DNA of 55,744 bases, from positions 1 through 55,744 of the forward strand of contig JAOUMX010000003.1 of NCBI GenBank assembly GCA_029881275.1. Reading direction: 5' to 3'. This DNA is from Gammaproteobacteria bacterium. GTDB taxonomy: Bacteria; Pseudomonadota; Gammaproteobacteria; SZUA-229. Position 1 is the stretch's first letter. Each line of letters opens with the position of its first letter. Positions 17,954 to 27,966 of the stretch are shown piece by piece. Below the pieces are notes generated by a model that saw nothing but the letters and a program-made list of their open reading frames with translations, made no database searches and was not told the DNA's origin. The translations under genes were made by a program, and so were the position numbers.

Positions 17954-19555
17954 TTAAGTTTCATTGGCAACCCATTCTTTTACAACATTGGCAACTCGAC
18001 CGGGATCATGATCAACCATGGCTTTGGCAAAATCGACATTATCATCCTGACCCGACGGCATCTTAACCCGTTCCTGATGCTCCAGTTGACCCACCGCAGC
18101 ACCACCTTCACCCTCTCCAGCCGGTAGCATCGGTGTTGGCGGCTGATAAGTTGCTAAATTCTTTACCGTCGGTTTAAACACGGCAAAGATAAGTACCAGT
18201 ATTATAATACCGACCAACAGCTGTTTCCCAAGATTCTGTATCCAGGGCTGTTCCAGCAATGTTTGCTCAGGCAGTTCTTCAACTACCTCGGCTTCAGCAA
18301 ACGAGACATTAATAATATTTACCTGATCACCACGTTCCTGATTAAAACCAATGGTCTGCTGAACCAGTGTGGTAATGCGTTTCAGTTCTTCATCGGTTAA
18401 AGGTATCCGTTCAACGGCACCGGTCTTGGATGTTTTTGTATGATCATCAACCAGCACACCCACGGTTAAACGCTGGATGCTGCCAACCCCCTGACGGGTA
18501 TGACGAATGGTACGATCCAGTTCATAATTTCGTACCGCATTCTTGCTGCTGTTCAAGGCTTTCTGACCACTGCCCGCCATTTCATCAACACCACCGGCAC
18601 CGGGTACCAGTACACCACTTTCAGGTGGCTGATTGCTTAAAGCACCGGGAATACCACCAGCATCCTGAGCGCCAAAATTAGCGGTTTCGCTGGACTGTTC
18701 ACTGCGTATAGACTGACGCTGGGGATTAAAGGTTTCCTCAGTACTTTCCTGTTCAGTAAAATCGATATCCGCATTTACCGTTGAACGCACTTTACCCATA
18801 CCCACGATGGGTTCAAGCAAACGCTCGATACGTTTTGCATAATCGGATTCCAGTTGACGACGGTATTCATATTGCTTGGCAGTCATAGCCACATTTCCGT
18901 CATTATCACCAGACGATAACAAACGACCGGTTTGATCGACAACCGTCACCTTATCCACTGACAAATGCGAAATACTCGACGCCACCATATGAATAATGGC
19001 ATTAATCTGTTCCTGATCAATGGTACGTCCACCGTAAAGAGACAACGCCACTGACGCACTGGGTTCTTCCCGGCTACGCACAAATACGGAACGTTTGGGA
19101 ATCGCCAAATGCACACGTGCAGATTTCACATTTTGCATCGTACTAATGGTTCGTGCCAGTTCGGTTTCCATCGCATGATGATAACGAGCGCTTTCTACAA
19201 ACTGTGACGTTCCAAAACTTTGTTCTTCCTGCAAAATTTCTATGCCAATACCCGTTCCTTTTGGCAGACCCTGAGCCGCCAGTTTCAAACGGGCTTCATG
19301 AATCAGATTGGGTGGCACCATTACGGCACCCGTTGACGCATCCAGTTTATGGGGTATAGCCGCTGCCTGTAACGCCGCCACCACCTCAGTAACATCGCGT
19401 GCTTCAAGCCCGCTGTATAAAGACGTGTAATCAGGTTTTGCTGCCCACATAGCTAACCAGATAGCTAATGCAATACTGGCCGCCAGCCCTACCAGCAAGC
19501 CAACCTGCCTGGGGATAGGTAGAGATGAAAAACCGTAAGATGCTGATACTGACAT
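17954..19555 (-). CDS. fliF: Flagellar MS-ring protein FliF
   Basis: The protein is 533 aa, with an N-terminal TM helix, LYSGLEARDVTEVVAALQAAAIPHKL, and a C-terminal TM helix. Confidence 0.95.
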   Translation of the reverse strand: MSVSASYGFSSLPIPRQVGLLVGLAASIALAIWLAMWAAKPDYTSLYSGLEARDVTEVVAALQAAAIPHKLDASTGAVMVPPNLIHEARLKLAAQGLPKGTGIGIEILQEEQSFGTSQFVESARYHHAMETELARTISTMQNVKSARVHLAIPKRSVFVRSREEPSASVALSLYGGRTIDQEQINAIIHMVASSISHLSVDKVTVVDQTGRLLSSGDNDGNVAMTAKQYEYRRQLESDYAKRIERLLEPIVGMGKVRSTVNADIDFTEQESTEETFNPQRQSIRSEQSSETANFGAQDAGGIPGALSNQPPESGVLVPGAGGVDEMAGSGQKALNSSKNAVRNYELDRTIRHTRQGVGSIQRLTVGVLVDDHTKTSKTGAVERIPLTDEELKRITTLVQQTIGFNQERGDQVNIINVSFAEAEVVEELPEQTLLEQPWIQNLGKQLLVGIIILVLIFAVFKPTVKNLATYQPPTPMLPAGEGEGGAAVGQLEHQERVKMPSGQDDNVDFAKAMVDHDPGRVANVVKEWVANET

Positions 19556-19669
19556 TTTTATTAACCTTCACAATAATTCTAAAAACCGGTCAGAAGTTGT
19601 ATGCAATAAATCATAAGTCTCGGCTTTTTTTTGCTTTTAACTTACAACGTTTAACTTAAGGCTTATAAC

Positions 19670-19999
19670 CTAAACAGGCATATTCATGACGTCCTGATAG
19701 GCTGATAACAATCGATTACGTACCTGTGTCATTGCCTGAAAAGAGACACTGGCTTTTTCCATGGTAATCATTAACTGGGCAACACTGACATTGGGATCGC
19801 CTTTTTCAAATGCTTCCGCCATTTTAGTGGATGCCTGAGATGCTTCATTAACTGCATCAATAGAACTTTTTAACACATTTGAAAAATCAGCTTTCTGCAC
19901 GCCATTTTCAATAGTATTAATGGCCGTGGGCCTGGCGGCTGCCTGTGCTTCCATGACTCGCATTTGCGACAATAATTGCTGAACATTCATATTCGACAT
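19670..19999 (-). CDS. fliE: Flagellar hook-basal body protein FliE
   Basis: FSNVLKSSIDAVNEASQ..SVAQLMITMEKASVSFQAMTQVRNRLLSAYQDVMNMPV is FliE-like. I prefer the ATG at 19999, which has a GAGAGGTGAG Shine-Dalgarno sequence, over the TTG at 20023 used by the ORF track. Confidence 0.85.
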   Translation of the reverse strand: MSNMNVQQLLSQMRVMEAQAAARPTAINTIENGVQKADFSNVLKSSIDAVNEASQASTKMAEAFEKGDPNVSVAQLMITMEKASVSFQAMTQVRNRLLSAYQDVMNMPV

Positions 20000-20044
20000 T
20001 TCACTCACCTCTCTATTAAACAACCATAAAGCTTTTTCAATTAA

Positions 20045-21391
20045 TTAAACGGCAATACCTACATCGCGCATACGCGCCAGTTTGTAACGCAATGTTCGCG
20101 GACTGATACCCAGGTGTTCTGCCGCATATTTACGACTACCTTTTCCGGCACGCAATGCTTCAAGAATCAACTGTTGCTCACGATCTTTAAGGTCGCTCAC
20201 CAGCACAGAACTCTGTGAATCATCCTGAGTATTTTTTTGCATTTCATGTTCAAACATTTCTGTGTTTTCAAAACACACATGTTCAGATCGAATTTCATCG
20301 CCATCAATTAATATCATGGCCCGTTGAATAACGTTATCCAGTTCACGAACATTACCGGCCCATTGATGACCAATTAATTTCTGCTGCGCATCAAGCGAAA
20401 GACGCACTCTCTTATTTAAATGTGCACTGTATTTTTCCAGTAAACTGTCAGCAATCGGCATAATGTCAGTAATACGATCACGCAAAGCAGGAATAAAAAC
20501 AGGAAACACACTCAGGCGATAAAATAAATCTTCACGAAAACGTCCAGCGGCCACTTCTTCACGTAAATTTTTATTGGTTGTCGCGATAACACGAACATTC
20601 AATGCTATGGTTTTACGACCACCCAGTCGCTCAACTTCTTTTTCCTGTAATACGCGCAACAGTTTGGCCTGTAAGGCAACATCCATTTCGGAAATTTCAT
20701 CCAGCAATAAAGTGCCACCCTGTGCCTGTTCAAATTTACCCGGACTGGTTTGATGGGCGCCGGTGAAAGCACCTTTTTCATAACCAAACAAAATAGACTC
20801 CAGCATATTCTCGGGAATCGCAGCACAGTTAATCGCCACAAAAGCCTGATCAGCTCGATTCGACTGATTATGAATGTAACGGGCAAACACTTCTTTACCA
20901 ACACCACTTTCACCACATAACAGCACAGTGGCTTCTGTTTTTGCCACACGTGAAGCCATGGCTTTCAGTGACTGCATTTTTTCTTCATTCACCACCAGGT
21001 CATTTGTGACTGCCGGACTGGTTTTTATGTCAGGTATTAAACGCTGCACTACATCGAGTAATGCATCCGCTTCAAATGGTTTAACCAGATAATCGGAAGC
21101 ACCCAGACGCATAGCATCCACTGCTTTTTCTATGGTGCCATAGGCGGTCATGACCACCACTGGAATATGCTGGTTCTGTTTGCGCACTGACTGTAATAAT
21201 GCCATCCCATCAATGGGCTGCATCTGCACATCAGTAACAATCATACGAAATGTTTGTTCAGAGAAACGCGCCAGTGCTGCCTGACCATTTTCTGCAGCGA
21301 CCACAGAATAACCGGAAAAAATTAATGTATCGGTTAAGGCTTCACGTAAATTAGCGTCGTCTTCGACTATCAAAACATCAATATTAGTCAT
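20045..21391 (-). CDS. fleR: Sigma-54-dependent flagellar response regulator FleR/FlrC
   Basis: It has a receiver (VLIVEDDANLREAL..MIVTDVQMQPIDG), an AAA+ sigma-54 interaction domain (LLCGESGVGKEVFA, GAFTGA, ESILFGYEKGAFTG) and a C-terminal HTH. I chose the start at MTNIDV (ATG 21391) because the longer ORF start overlaps fleS. Confidence 0.9.
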   Translation of the reverse strand: MTNIDVLIVEDDANLREALTDTLIFSGYSVVAAENGQAALARFSEQTFRMIVTDVQMQPIDGMALLQSVRKQNQHIPVVVMTAYGTIEKAVDAMRLGASDYLVKPFEADALLDVVQRLIPDIKTSPAVTNDLVVNEEKMQSLKAMASRVAKTEATVLLCGESGVGKEVFARYIHNQSNRADQAFVAINCAAIPENMLESILFGYEKGAFTGAHQTSPGKFEQAQGGTLLLDEISEMDVALQAKLLRVLQEKEVERLGGRKTIALNVRVIATTNKNLREEVAAGRFREDLFYRLSVFPVFIPALRDRITDIMPIADSLLEKYSAHLNKRVRLSLDAQQKLIGHQWAGNVRELDNVIQRAMILIDGDEIRSEHVCFENTEMFEHEMQKNTQDDSQSSVLVSDLKDREQQLILEALRAGKGSRKYAAEHLGISPRTLRYKLARMRDVGIAV

Positions 21392-21408
21392 TAAACTTCT
21401 CCACACTC

Positions 21409-22626
21409 TCAATCTTCTACGGGGGCATTTACATTTCTTCCACTGGGCAGGAACTGTTCGCCCTGATCCAGAGGCAAACACAATGAAAACGTACAACCCT
21501 GACCAACAACTGATTTAACAAATAAGTCACCTTTATGTGCCTGTGCGATGGTACGAGCTACCGCCAGACCAAGACCGGTACCATTGGTTTTTTCTGTATA
21601 AAAAGGTTCAAAAACATTTTGCTGTTGTTCAACAGTCAATCCCGGACCATTGTCTCTCATAGCAATGACCAGATACTGATTCTGCTGATAGATGTCTAAA
21701 TTAATAATGCAGTTTCTTTGGCAGGCATCCAGCGCATTATCTGCAACATTGGTTAACACACTGACCAGTGATCCCATACTGCCCTTGAGTGAAATGGATT
21801 TAATTTGATTATCAATTTTAATAATGGACTGGGTCTGTTTTAAACGTGTTTCCATACGCGAATAAAATGACAGTAATAACTGATTCAGTGAAAACGGTTC
21901 ATCGGTAAACTCGCCACCTTTTGCATACATCAACATATCGTTAATTAATTTTTCAAGGTAACGTAAACTGGTTCGAATCTTCCCGACCGCACGTACCTGA
22001 TGCTCAGGTTTGATATCTGTCTTTGTTAACTGGGATGCATACAATACTGCCGATGTTAAAGGCGTTCGCAACTGATGTGCCAGACCTGCGGCCATCTGCC
22101 CCATGGCAGCTAAACGTTTCTGACGATTGGCCAGATCCTCCAGCATGCGTGTATCAGTGACATCATTAATTAGAATAATTTCGCCCGCGTCATCCAGCTG
22201 CTGCCGGGTAATGCTGAGGATATTGCCATTCTTTAAGTGAATATCCTTACCATCCTGATACTGCGTACTGGCCTCAATAATCTGCTGCCAGTTTTTACCA
22301 CGTAATACCTGTTTAAAAAATTTGTCCGCTGCAGGATTGGATTCCTGAATAACATTCAGCCGATTCGTCAGTACAACACCGGCAGGCAAGGCAGCCAATA
22401 ATTTACTCAGGCGTTCAGTTAATTTCTCTTCTTCCGAGGTTTGCTGCAGACGATCCTGCCGAGCGGCAATCAGCTCCTGGGTCAGCAGCGCTGCACGCTG
22501 ATCCATATCCATATAGGTTTTCTGTAACTGCTCTGAAATCTGTTCGAAATGCTCAAATGCAGAAATCAGGGTATCTGCACCCTGAGTGGTCACGCCTGAT
22601 TGTGAATGGCCTGCTGGTAAATTCAT
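21409..22626 (-). CDS. fleS: Flagellar sensor histidine kinase FleS/FlrB
   Basis: It has the H-box MGQMAAGLAHQLRTPL and HATPase motifs (DNGPGL..GTGLGLAV). There is no TM segment. It lies between fleQ and fleR. Confidence 0.85.
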   Translation of the reverse strand: MNLPAGHSQSGVTTQGADTLISAFEHFEQISEQLQKTYMDMDQRAALLTQELIAARQDRLQQTSEEEKLTERLSKLLAALPAGVVLTNRLNVIQESNPAADKFFKQVLRGKNWQQIIEASTQYQDGKDIHLKNGNILSITRQQLDDAGEIILINDVTDTRMLEDLANRQKRLAAMGQMAAGLAHQLRTPLTSAVLYASQLTKTDIKPEHQVRAVGKIRTSLRYLEKLINDMLMYAKGGEFTDEPFSLNQLLLSFYSRMETRLKQTQSIIKIDNQIKSISLKGSMGSLVSVLTNVADNALDACQRNCIINLDIYQQNQYLVIAMRDNGPGLTVEQQQNVFEPFYTEKTNGTGLGLAVARTIAQAHKGDLFVKSVVGQGCTFSLCLPLDQGEQFLPSGRNVNAPVED

Positions 22627-22666
22627 GACGTCTTTGTGTCACCTGATTAATGTTACAAAGACATCA

Positions 22667-22681
22667 GCATTATCTGTGCCA
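22667..22681 (-). promoter_or_regulatory. Sigma-54 promoter upstream of fleS
   Basis: The minus strand reads TGGCAC-AGATA-ATGC, with GG/GC at exact -24/-12 spacing. It lies ~40 nt upstream of the fleS ATG (22626). Confidence 0.6.
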
Positions 22682-22764
22682 AGGTTGTCACGGTTTAAAA
22701 ATCAATAACTTACGAAAAAACAAGATGGGTAAAGTCAAAATTATGGCTTTAAATTAGAGTCATA

Positions 22765-22871
<107 letters not shown>

Positions 22872-22876
22872 GTAGT

Positions 22877-24379
22877 TTACGATTTGATGTCGTACTTCTT
22901 CAGTTTCTCAACCAGTGTGGTACGGCGCATTTTTAGCAGTGTTGCCGCGTGGGCGACCACGCCATCGGTGGCATCCAGCGCCTGCTTAATCAGGTTGACT
23001 TCCATCTGCGCCAGGTGTTCCTTCAGATCCAGACCTTTTTCAGTAATCACCGGGGCATCCACCACGCTGGCTCCCTGTGTGGCATCATCAAATTCAGTAT
23101 CGGTTTGCATCAACGCCAGATCATCACTATCGGTATCATCTTCCGAAGCACCAAAAAATAACAGCGGATTGAACGCGTCATGCCGGGGCTTGATCGAAGT
23201 AGGTAAGTATCTGGCCGGCAAATCTTTCACATCCACCACCCCCTGAGGGAACAGGATAGATAAACGCTCCACCAGATTGGCCAGTTCACGTACATTGCCC
23301 GGCCATTTATACTCGCACAGGGCTTCAACAGCTGAAGCCGTCAGGCGCACTGAACCCCGATTATCCTGCTCCAGTTTTTCGATCTGGTCCTGTAACAGAA
23401 ACGGCACATCATCCAGTCGTTCACGCAGCGAGGGCAATTCAATGGGAAATACATTTAAACGATAAAACAAATCTTCTCGAAATTTACCCTCACGGATATT
23501 CTGTTCCAGATTACGGTGGGTTGCCGCCAGAATGCGCACATCAGCACTCATGCTCTTGTTACTACCAACACGCTCAAAGGTACGCTCCTGCAACACACGT
23601 AATAATTTCACCTGCATAGGCAGGCTCATATCACCAATTTCATCGAGGAACAGCGTGCCTTTTTCGGCCAGCTCAAAGCGCCCCTGACGGGTAGTAATGG
23701 CTCCGGTAAAAGCCCCTTTTTCATGGCCGAACAGCTCACTTTCCAGCAGGTCACCTGGAATGGCGCCACAGTTCACCGGTACAAAATTATATTTACAGCG
23801 ATTCGACAACGCATGAATATTACGCGCTACCACTTCTTTACCAGTACCCGACTCACCCAGAATCAATACACTGGCATCGGTTTTGGCAACCTGTTCAATC
23901 ATGGTTCGCACATACTTTATGGCCGGACTACTGCCACCCAGCTTGGGCACATTGGAAATCAGTTCCTTGCAGGAAGCACTGCCTTCTTTTAGATCCCTTT
24001 GATGGAATTCGTTGGCCCGATTCAGGGCATCCACCACCGGCTGATATTTTAATGGCATATCCAGATGGGCCAGCACATGGGGATAAATTTGCTGATATTT
24101 TCCCAGATTATCTTTCGGCTGATTCAACAGAATTACCTGCATATCCAGCCCGGCTTCACTAACCAGCTCCAGTACCTCCCGCTGGGAAACATTGCCATGA
24201 AACTCACCCAGCAACATGGCCGTATAATCACCCTGTTGCAGAGCACCTTTCAAACTGCTGATATCCGGCGTATACACGGCGTCATAACCAATAAATCCCA
24301 TTAAGGATTTAATTTCACTAAAAATCTGATTATTGTCTTCGACTAGCAGAACGGGGGGTTGGGTACTATTTTCAGACAT
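22877..24379 (-). CDS. fleQ: Sigma-54-dependent flagellar master regulator FleQ/FlrA
   Basis: It has an N-terminal receiver-like domain, an AAA+ domain (ILGESGTGKEVVARNIH, ELFGHEKGAFTGA) and a C-terminal HTH. It lies upstream of fleSR, as in Pseudomonas and Vibrio. Confidence 0.9.
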   Translation of the reverse strand: MSENSTQPPVLLVEDNNQIFSEIKSLMGFIGYDAVYTPDISSLKGALQQGDYTAMLLGEFHGNVSQREVLELVSEAGLDMQVILLNQPKDNLGKYQQIYPHVLAHLDMPLKYQPVVDALNRANEFHQRDLKEGSASCKELISNVPKLGGSSPAIKYVRTMIEQVAKTDASVLILGESGTGKEVVARNIHALSNRCKYNFVPVNCGAIPGDLLESELFGHEKGAFTGAITTRQGRFELAEKGTLFLDEIGDMSLPMQVKLLRVLQERTFERVGSNKSMSADVRILAATHRNLEQNIREGKFREDLFYRLNVFPIELPSLRERLDDVPFLLQDQIEKLEQDNRGSVRLTASAVEALCEYKWPGNVRELANLVERLSILFPQGVVDVKDLPARYLPTSIKPRHDAFNPLLFFGASEDDTDSDDLALMQTDTEFDDATQGASVVDAPVITEKGLDLKEHLAQMEVNLIKQALDATDGVVAHAATLLKMRRTTLVEKLKKYDIKS

Positions 24380-24532
24380 TTGAAACTCATTTCAATCACA
24401 AAGATTAAATCTGAGTAAAGCAGTTATTAGCCTTAATGTCAAAAAATCGACTTATAACTTTCCAGACAAATTCAATAAGTTAGCGGGTATTGCGAAGAAT
24501 GTAAAAGAAGTTTCAGAGAGAGCTACTGGCCA

Positions 24533-24847
24533 CTAGGGACAGTTATCGTATGCTTTCACCGCTTTTTTGACATTGGAGATGCCGGTCAGTTTTTCCACAG
24601 CCTCCAATTTGAGTTTTACAGCCATCTCGGCCAGTGAATTGTCGCTGCGCATAATCTCCCGAATATCCTCGGCAATTTCACCGGCTTCTTCTTCAGTCAC
24701 CTGAGTTGCAAAAAACGACAAAATCATTTTTTGTCGTTCTGCTTCTGTTTCCGCCAGCTCCGGCCATTTTTCCTCGTCGGCCATGACCCGCATTTGCTGG
24801 GTTTTATCCAGTATGGCCTGCCATTGCTGTTGACGGGAATGGTCCAA
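24533..24847 (-). CDS. fliT: Small helical protein in the FliT/FleP position (putative flagellar chaperone)
   Basis: It is a 104-aa acidic, helical protein between fliS and fleQ, the same position I recall for Pseudomonas PA1096. It has a TTG start 5 nt after the fliS stop. The call rests on position and composition only. Confidence 0.5.
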   Translation of the reverse strand: MDHSRQQQWQAILDKTQQMRVMADEEKWPELAETEAERQKMILSFFATQVTEEEAGEIAEDIREIMRSDNSLAEMAVKLKLEAVEKLTGISNVKKAVKAYDNCP

Positions 24848-24852
24848 AATAC

Positions 24853-25263
24853 CTAGGCTTGCGGTTTATGTGACTGACGAACGTCCTGTGGAATTTGAGC
24901 CCAGCCAGAACGAATTTCATTTAATAACGACAATACTTCGTCCAGATTAGCTGTTTTATTTTCCAGATTAGCCATCAACAACTGACGTTGCATATAGTCA
25001 TACAGCGCTTCAAGGTTAGCCGCAATTTCACCACCTTTTTCCATATCGAGTGATACTTTTAAACCATCCAGAATAGAAATCGCTTTACTGATCTGTTCAC
25101 CTTTTTGTTTTACATCATTACTTTGAATATGGTATTTAGCTGCATTAATACGTTCAATAGCACCATTCAGTAACATCTGAATTAGTTGATGCGGATCAGC
25201 AGTATCAACAGCAACATTGGTACCCATTTTTTTATACTGATTCACTGCTGCTGAAGTATGCAT
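24853..25263 (-). CDS. fliS: Flagellin-specific chaperone FliS
   Basis: AVNQYKKMG..DPHQLIQMLLNGAIERINAAK..ISKAISILDGLKVSLD..EIAANLEALYDYM is FliS-like. I prefer the start at MHTSAAV (ATG 25263, AGAGGA Shine-Dalgarno sequence). The ORF track extends to 25302. Confidence 0.85.
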   Translation of the reverse strand: MHTSAAVNQYKKMGTNVAVDTADPHQLIQMLLNGAIERINAAKYHIQSNDVKQKGEQISKAISILDGLKVSLDMEKGGEIAANLEALYDYMQRQLLMANLENKTANLDEVLSLLNEIRSGWAQIPQDVRQSHKPQA

Positions 25264-25378
25264 AGCTTTTTTCCTCTGGTCGTTGTCTTTGTCATCAGCC
25301 ATAAGTTAGTTATAGCAAACTATTATTAACTCTTGGCAACTAATATTGTTATCGTCTGACTGATTAAATACTTTAATT

Positions 25379-27403
25379 TTATTTTCTTGATCTAATTTGA
25401 ATATCAGGTAAGGCATCCAGTTGTTGCTGTAAAAAACTACTGGTGGTATTCAATTGCCCAATCAATGCATCCAGTGCGGTGAACTGTGCACGATAACGAT
25501 CTTCAATAGCAGCCACACGTTTATTAAGGCTTTCACGTTGTTCTGCAATACTTTTAATCTGATCATTGATTGTGTCTGTTTTAGATGTCAGTTGACCACT
25601 GCCGGATAAAAACCGGGCCAAAATTGCATCCAGTTTTCCAGCCAGCCCCTGACTATAAACTACACGGCCTCGATTACCTGTGTCATTACCGGAAATTTCC
25701 AGCGTTAAACCCAGTGCCGTTAATAACTGACCGTCACCGATGGCTGTTTTGCCACCAATAGTACCACTAACATTAACACCCTCTGTTTCAATGGCGTTAC
25801 TGGTGAAACCCAGTGCACTATTTGCATTAACAATACTGACTGTTGAATCACTGCCATAGGATGTAGAACTAATTTCAAAATGACCGCTTATATAACTAAC
25901 GGTGACACCCAAACCCTTATCAGATAAAGCAGTTGACGCATTAATCTTATCTTCGATTTCCTGCGCAAGAATATCCATATCATTATAAACAGCCTGGGTT
26001 AATGTGATGGTACCGGACGATGTACCATCAACAGAAAGACTGAATGTATTATTGGTACCATCAATAGTGACTGGCCCGGTAACCGCTTCCCCGGTTAATA
26101 AACCGTGGCTCGCTAATCTCGCTACACTTATTGCATAACTACCTTCGCTTGCAATAGATGCTGCACTGATATAGTTAACATCCGGGTCAGATGGCACACC
26201 ATTGGCATAAAATAATTCGGCAACCGATTCAAAATCATTTTCAATCGCCTTACTGAGTTTGGAACTATCCAGTGCCAGCGTACCATCCCGTTGCGTGGTA
26301 ATACCAATGGAACTTAATGACGTATAGATATTACCATTATTAACACTGCCACCAATTTCACGACGAATCTGGTTAATAATATTACGCGGCGTATTATCAC
26401 CTAACAACACACCACCCTGACCAGTGTCGGGATTATATTCGGTCAAACCACTATACAATGTCATCAATTCGTTATAAGCATCTACGAACTTACCAATATT
26501 TTTTTCTGCATTTTCCGTGCTTTTTGAAATGCTTAACTGAGTCGGATTACCAATATCTGCACTTTTTAAATTTAGCGTGACACCGTGTATGGCACCGGTA
26601 ATGGTATTACTTTCACGTGATATGGATAAACCATTCACCGTAATCAGGGCATCGGCTGCTGCCTGAGTTTGTTCTACATTGGTTGCACCACTGTTAAAGG
26701 CCAGTTGTGACAACCCTGTGGTATCCAGATTCTCACCAGCAGTACCACCTTCTTCTACAGAAATTTCAAGACTGTTGGCCAGACCCTGATCATCTGAAGT
26801 AATGAGCAAACGATAACCGGAACCATCATCCACAATACTGGCCGTAACACCGATACCAGCGGCGTTAATAGCATCACGCACACCTTCAACCGTATTATTT
26901 GAATTATCAATAACCACGGATTTGCTGGAACGATCAGGGTTACTGGTGAAACTGGTATAAGTATCATCCGCGGTTACAAAATCAGTACCCGGGTCATACA
27001 CCGTGGTTCCAAAATCAAACGTTAAAGTACCATTGCCAATAACAGACGTTAATTCAGAAAAGGCAACGGAGGCCAGTGAATGAGATTGAGCCAGTGACTT
27101 TACTTCAACAGAATAACTGCCTTCAACTGCCACACTGCTGGCCGTTGCGGATAACAGATCTTTATTAGCAATATTGACCGTATTGCTGGCAAATGAAATA
27201 GAGGATTTAAGTTTTGAAGCCGCTAGTTGAAAGGTACTGACTGCACCTTTCAAACTACCATAAGCAGATAGCTCAGCCTGTAAGCGAGCTTCCTTCAGCG
27301 TTAACTGAGCGTCCTTTGGGCCTCGTTCAGCATCAACTATCTGTTGTAACAGACTATTAACGTCGATTCCTGAACCTATTCCTGCTGCACTGAGTGAAGC
27401 CAT
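25379..27403 (-). CDS. fliD: Flagellar filament cap protein FliD (enlarged, 674 aa)
   Basis: The N-terminus SAAGIGSGIDVNSLLQQIVDAERGP and the C-terminus RYRAQFTALDALIGQLNTTSSFLQQQL are FliD hallmarks. Internal stretches resemble the IN motif (VEGVRDAINAAGIGVTASIVDDGSGYRLLITS; FSLSVDGTSSGTITL..INAS). Confidence 0.9.
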   Translation of the reverse strand: MASLSAAGIGSGIDVNSLLQQIVDAERGPKDAQLTLKEARLQAELSAYGSLKGAVSTFQLAASKLKSSISFASNTVNIANKDLLSATASSVAVEGSYSVEVKSLAQSHSLASVAFSELTSVIGNGTLTFDFGTTVYDPGTDFVTADDTYTSFTSNPDRSSKSVVIDNSNNTVEGVRDAINAAGIGVTASIVDDGSGYRLLITSDDQGLANSLEISVEEGGTAGENLDTTGLSQLAFNSGATNVEQTQAAADALITVNGLSISRESNTITGAIHGVTLNLKSADIGNPTQLSISKSTENAEKNIGKFVDAYNELMTLYSGLTEYNPDTGQGGVLLGDNTPRNIINQIRREIGGSVNNGNIYTSLSSIGITTQRDGTLALDSSKLSKAIENDFESVAELFYANGVPSDPDVNYISAASIASEGSYAISVARLASHGLLTGEAVTGPVTIDGTNNTFSLSVDGTSSGTITLTQAVYNDMDILAQEIEDKINASTALSDKGLGVTVSYISGHFEISSTSYGSDSTVSIVNANSALGFTSNAIETEGVNVSGTIGGKTAIGDGQLLTALGLTLEISGNDTGNRGRVVYSQGLAGKLDAILARFLSGSGQLTSKTDTINDQIKSIAEQRESLNKRVAAIEDRYRAQFTALDALIGQLNTTSSFLQQQLDALPDIQIRSRK

Positions 27404-27461
27404 TACCTACCTCTACACCAATAAACATTAAACAAAATGCTTACTGCAAATAAAAGGCCAA

Positions 27462-27836
27462 CTATGCAGATGTTTGAACAATCAGCCCTGTAATACCATC
27501 AACCTGTTCCTTCAGGCTACGTGAAATCTGTAACACTTCTTCGGAAGGAATTTGCCTGACCAGTTCAGCGGTCTCTGAATTCACTACCCGTATCACCGTT
27601 TTACCACTGGCATCATCAACACTGAATTGTAAATCGCGTTGTACCATCTGAACATGATCATTCAGTTGCTCAACGACTTTTTGTAATTCTTCTGCACTAA
27701 CAGCCTGAGCCTGTGGTTGTTCCGGTAAGGATTTGCCAGAATGAACCGTTGTTGCTGCCGGAGTTTGCCGGTTTGTAACGGATGCCGATGAACTCAGAAT
27801 ATTCGTTGCCTGGTTAGTTGCTATATCATTAGACAT
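27462..27836 (-). CDS. flaG: FlaG-family flagellar protein
   Basis: LQFSVDDASGKTVIRVVNSETAELVRQIPSEEVLQ is the FlaG signature. It lies between the flagellin gene and fliD. I prefer the ATG at 27836 (AAGGTG Shine-Dalgarno sequence) over the GTG at 27851. Confidence 0.8.
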   Translation of the reverse strand: MSNDIATNQATNILSSSASVTNRQTPAATTVHSGKSLPEQPQAQAVSAEELQKVVEQLNDHVQMVQRDLQFSVDDASGKTVIRVVNSETAELVRQIPSEEVLQISRSLKEQVDGITGLIVQTSA

Positions 27837-27873
27837 ACTCGCACCTTTCACAGTTCTTTAATAGTCACTTGAA

Positions 27874-27915
27874 CTCTGTGTAAACAGCACAGAGTGCCCG
27901 GAGTTCTCACTCCGG
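27874..27915 (-). terminator. Two adjacent 7-bp stem-loops downstream of the flagellin gene (possible terminator or attenuator)
   Basis: The stems are ctctgtg/cacagag (27874-27880 with 27888-27894) and ccggagt/actccgg (27898-27904 with 27909-27915). They lie 50-90 nt after the flagellin stop. No strong U-tract follows. Confidence 0.35.
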
Positions 27916-27966
27916 CCACCCTGTTTTAACAATAATGTTAATGCCGTTTCCATCAAGGCTCTAACC

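Noticed and set aside
20024-20100. A sigma-54 promoter for fliE within or after the fleR 3' end
   Set aside because: The only GC...CC candidates (for example GCGCATACGCGCCA) have spacing off by 1 nt from the canonical -24/-12 geometry, so no call was made.
21392-21496. N-terminal extensions proposed by the longest-ORF track (fleR 21392-21496, flgE 42174-42251, flagellin 30529-30561, flgM 48013-48054, DUF4845 51545-51592, fliE 20000-20023, fliS 25264-25302, flaG 27837-27851)
   Set aside because: The extensions overlap the upstream genes or promoters. They lack Shine-Dalgarno sequences and precede internal ATGs that have good Shine-Dalgarno sequences and give canonical family N-termini.
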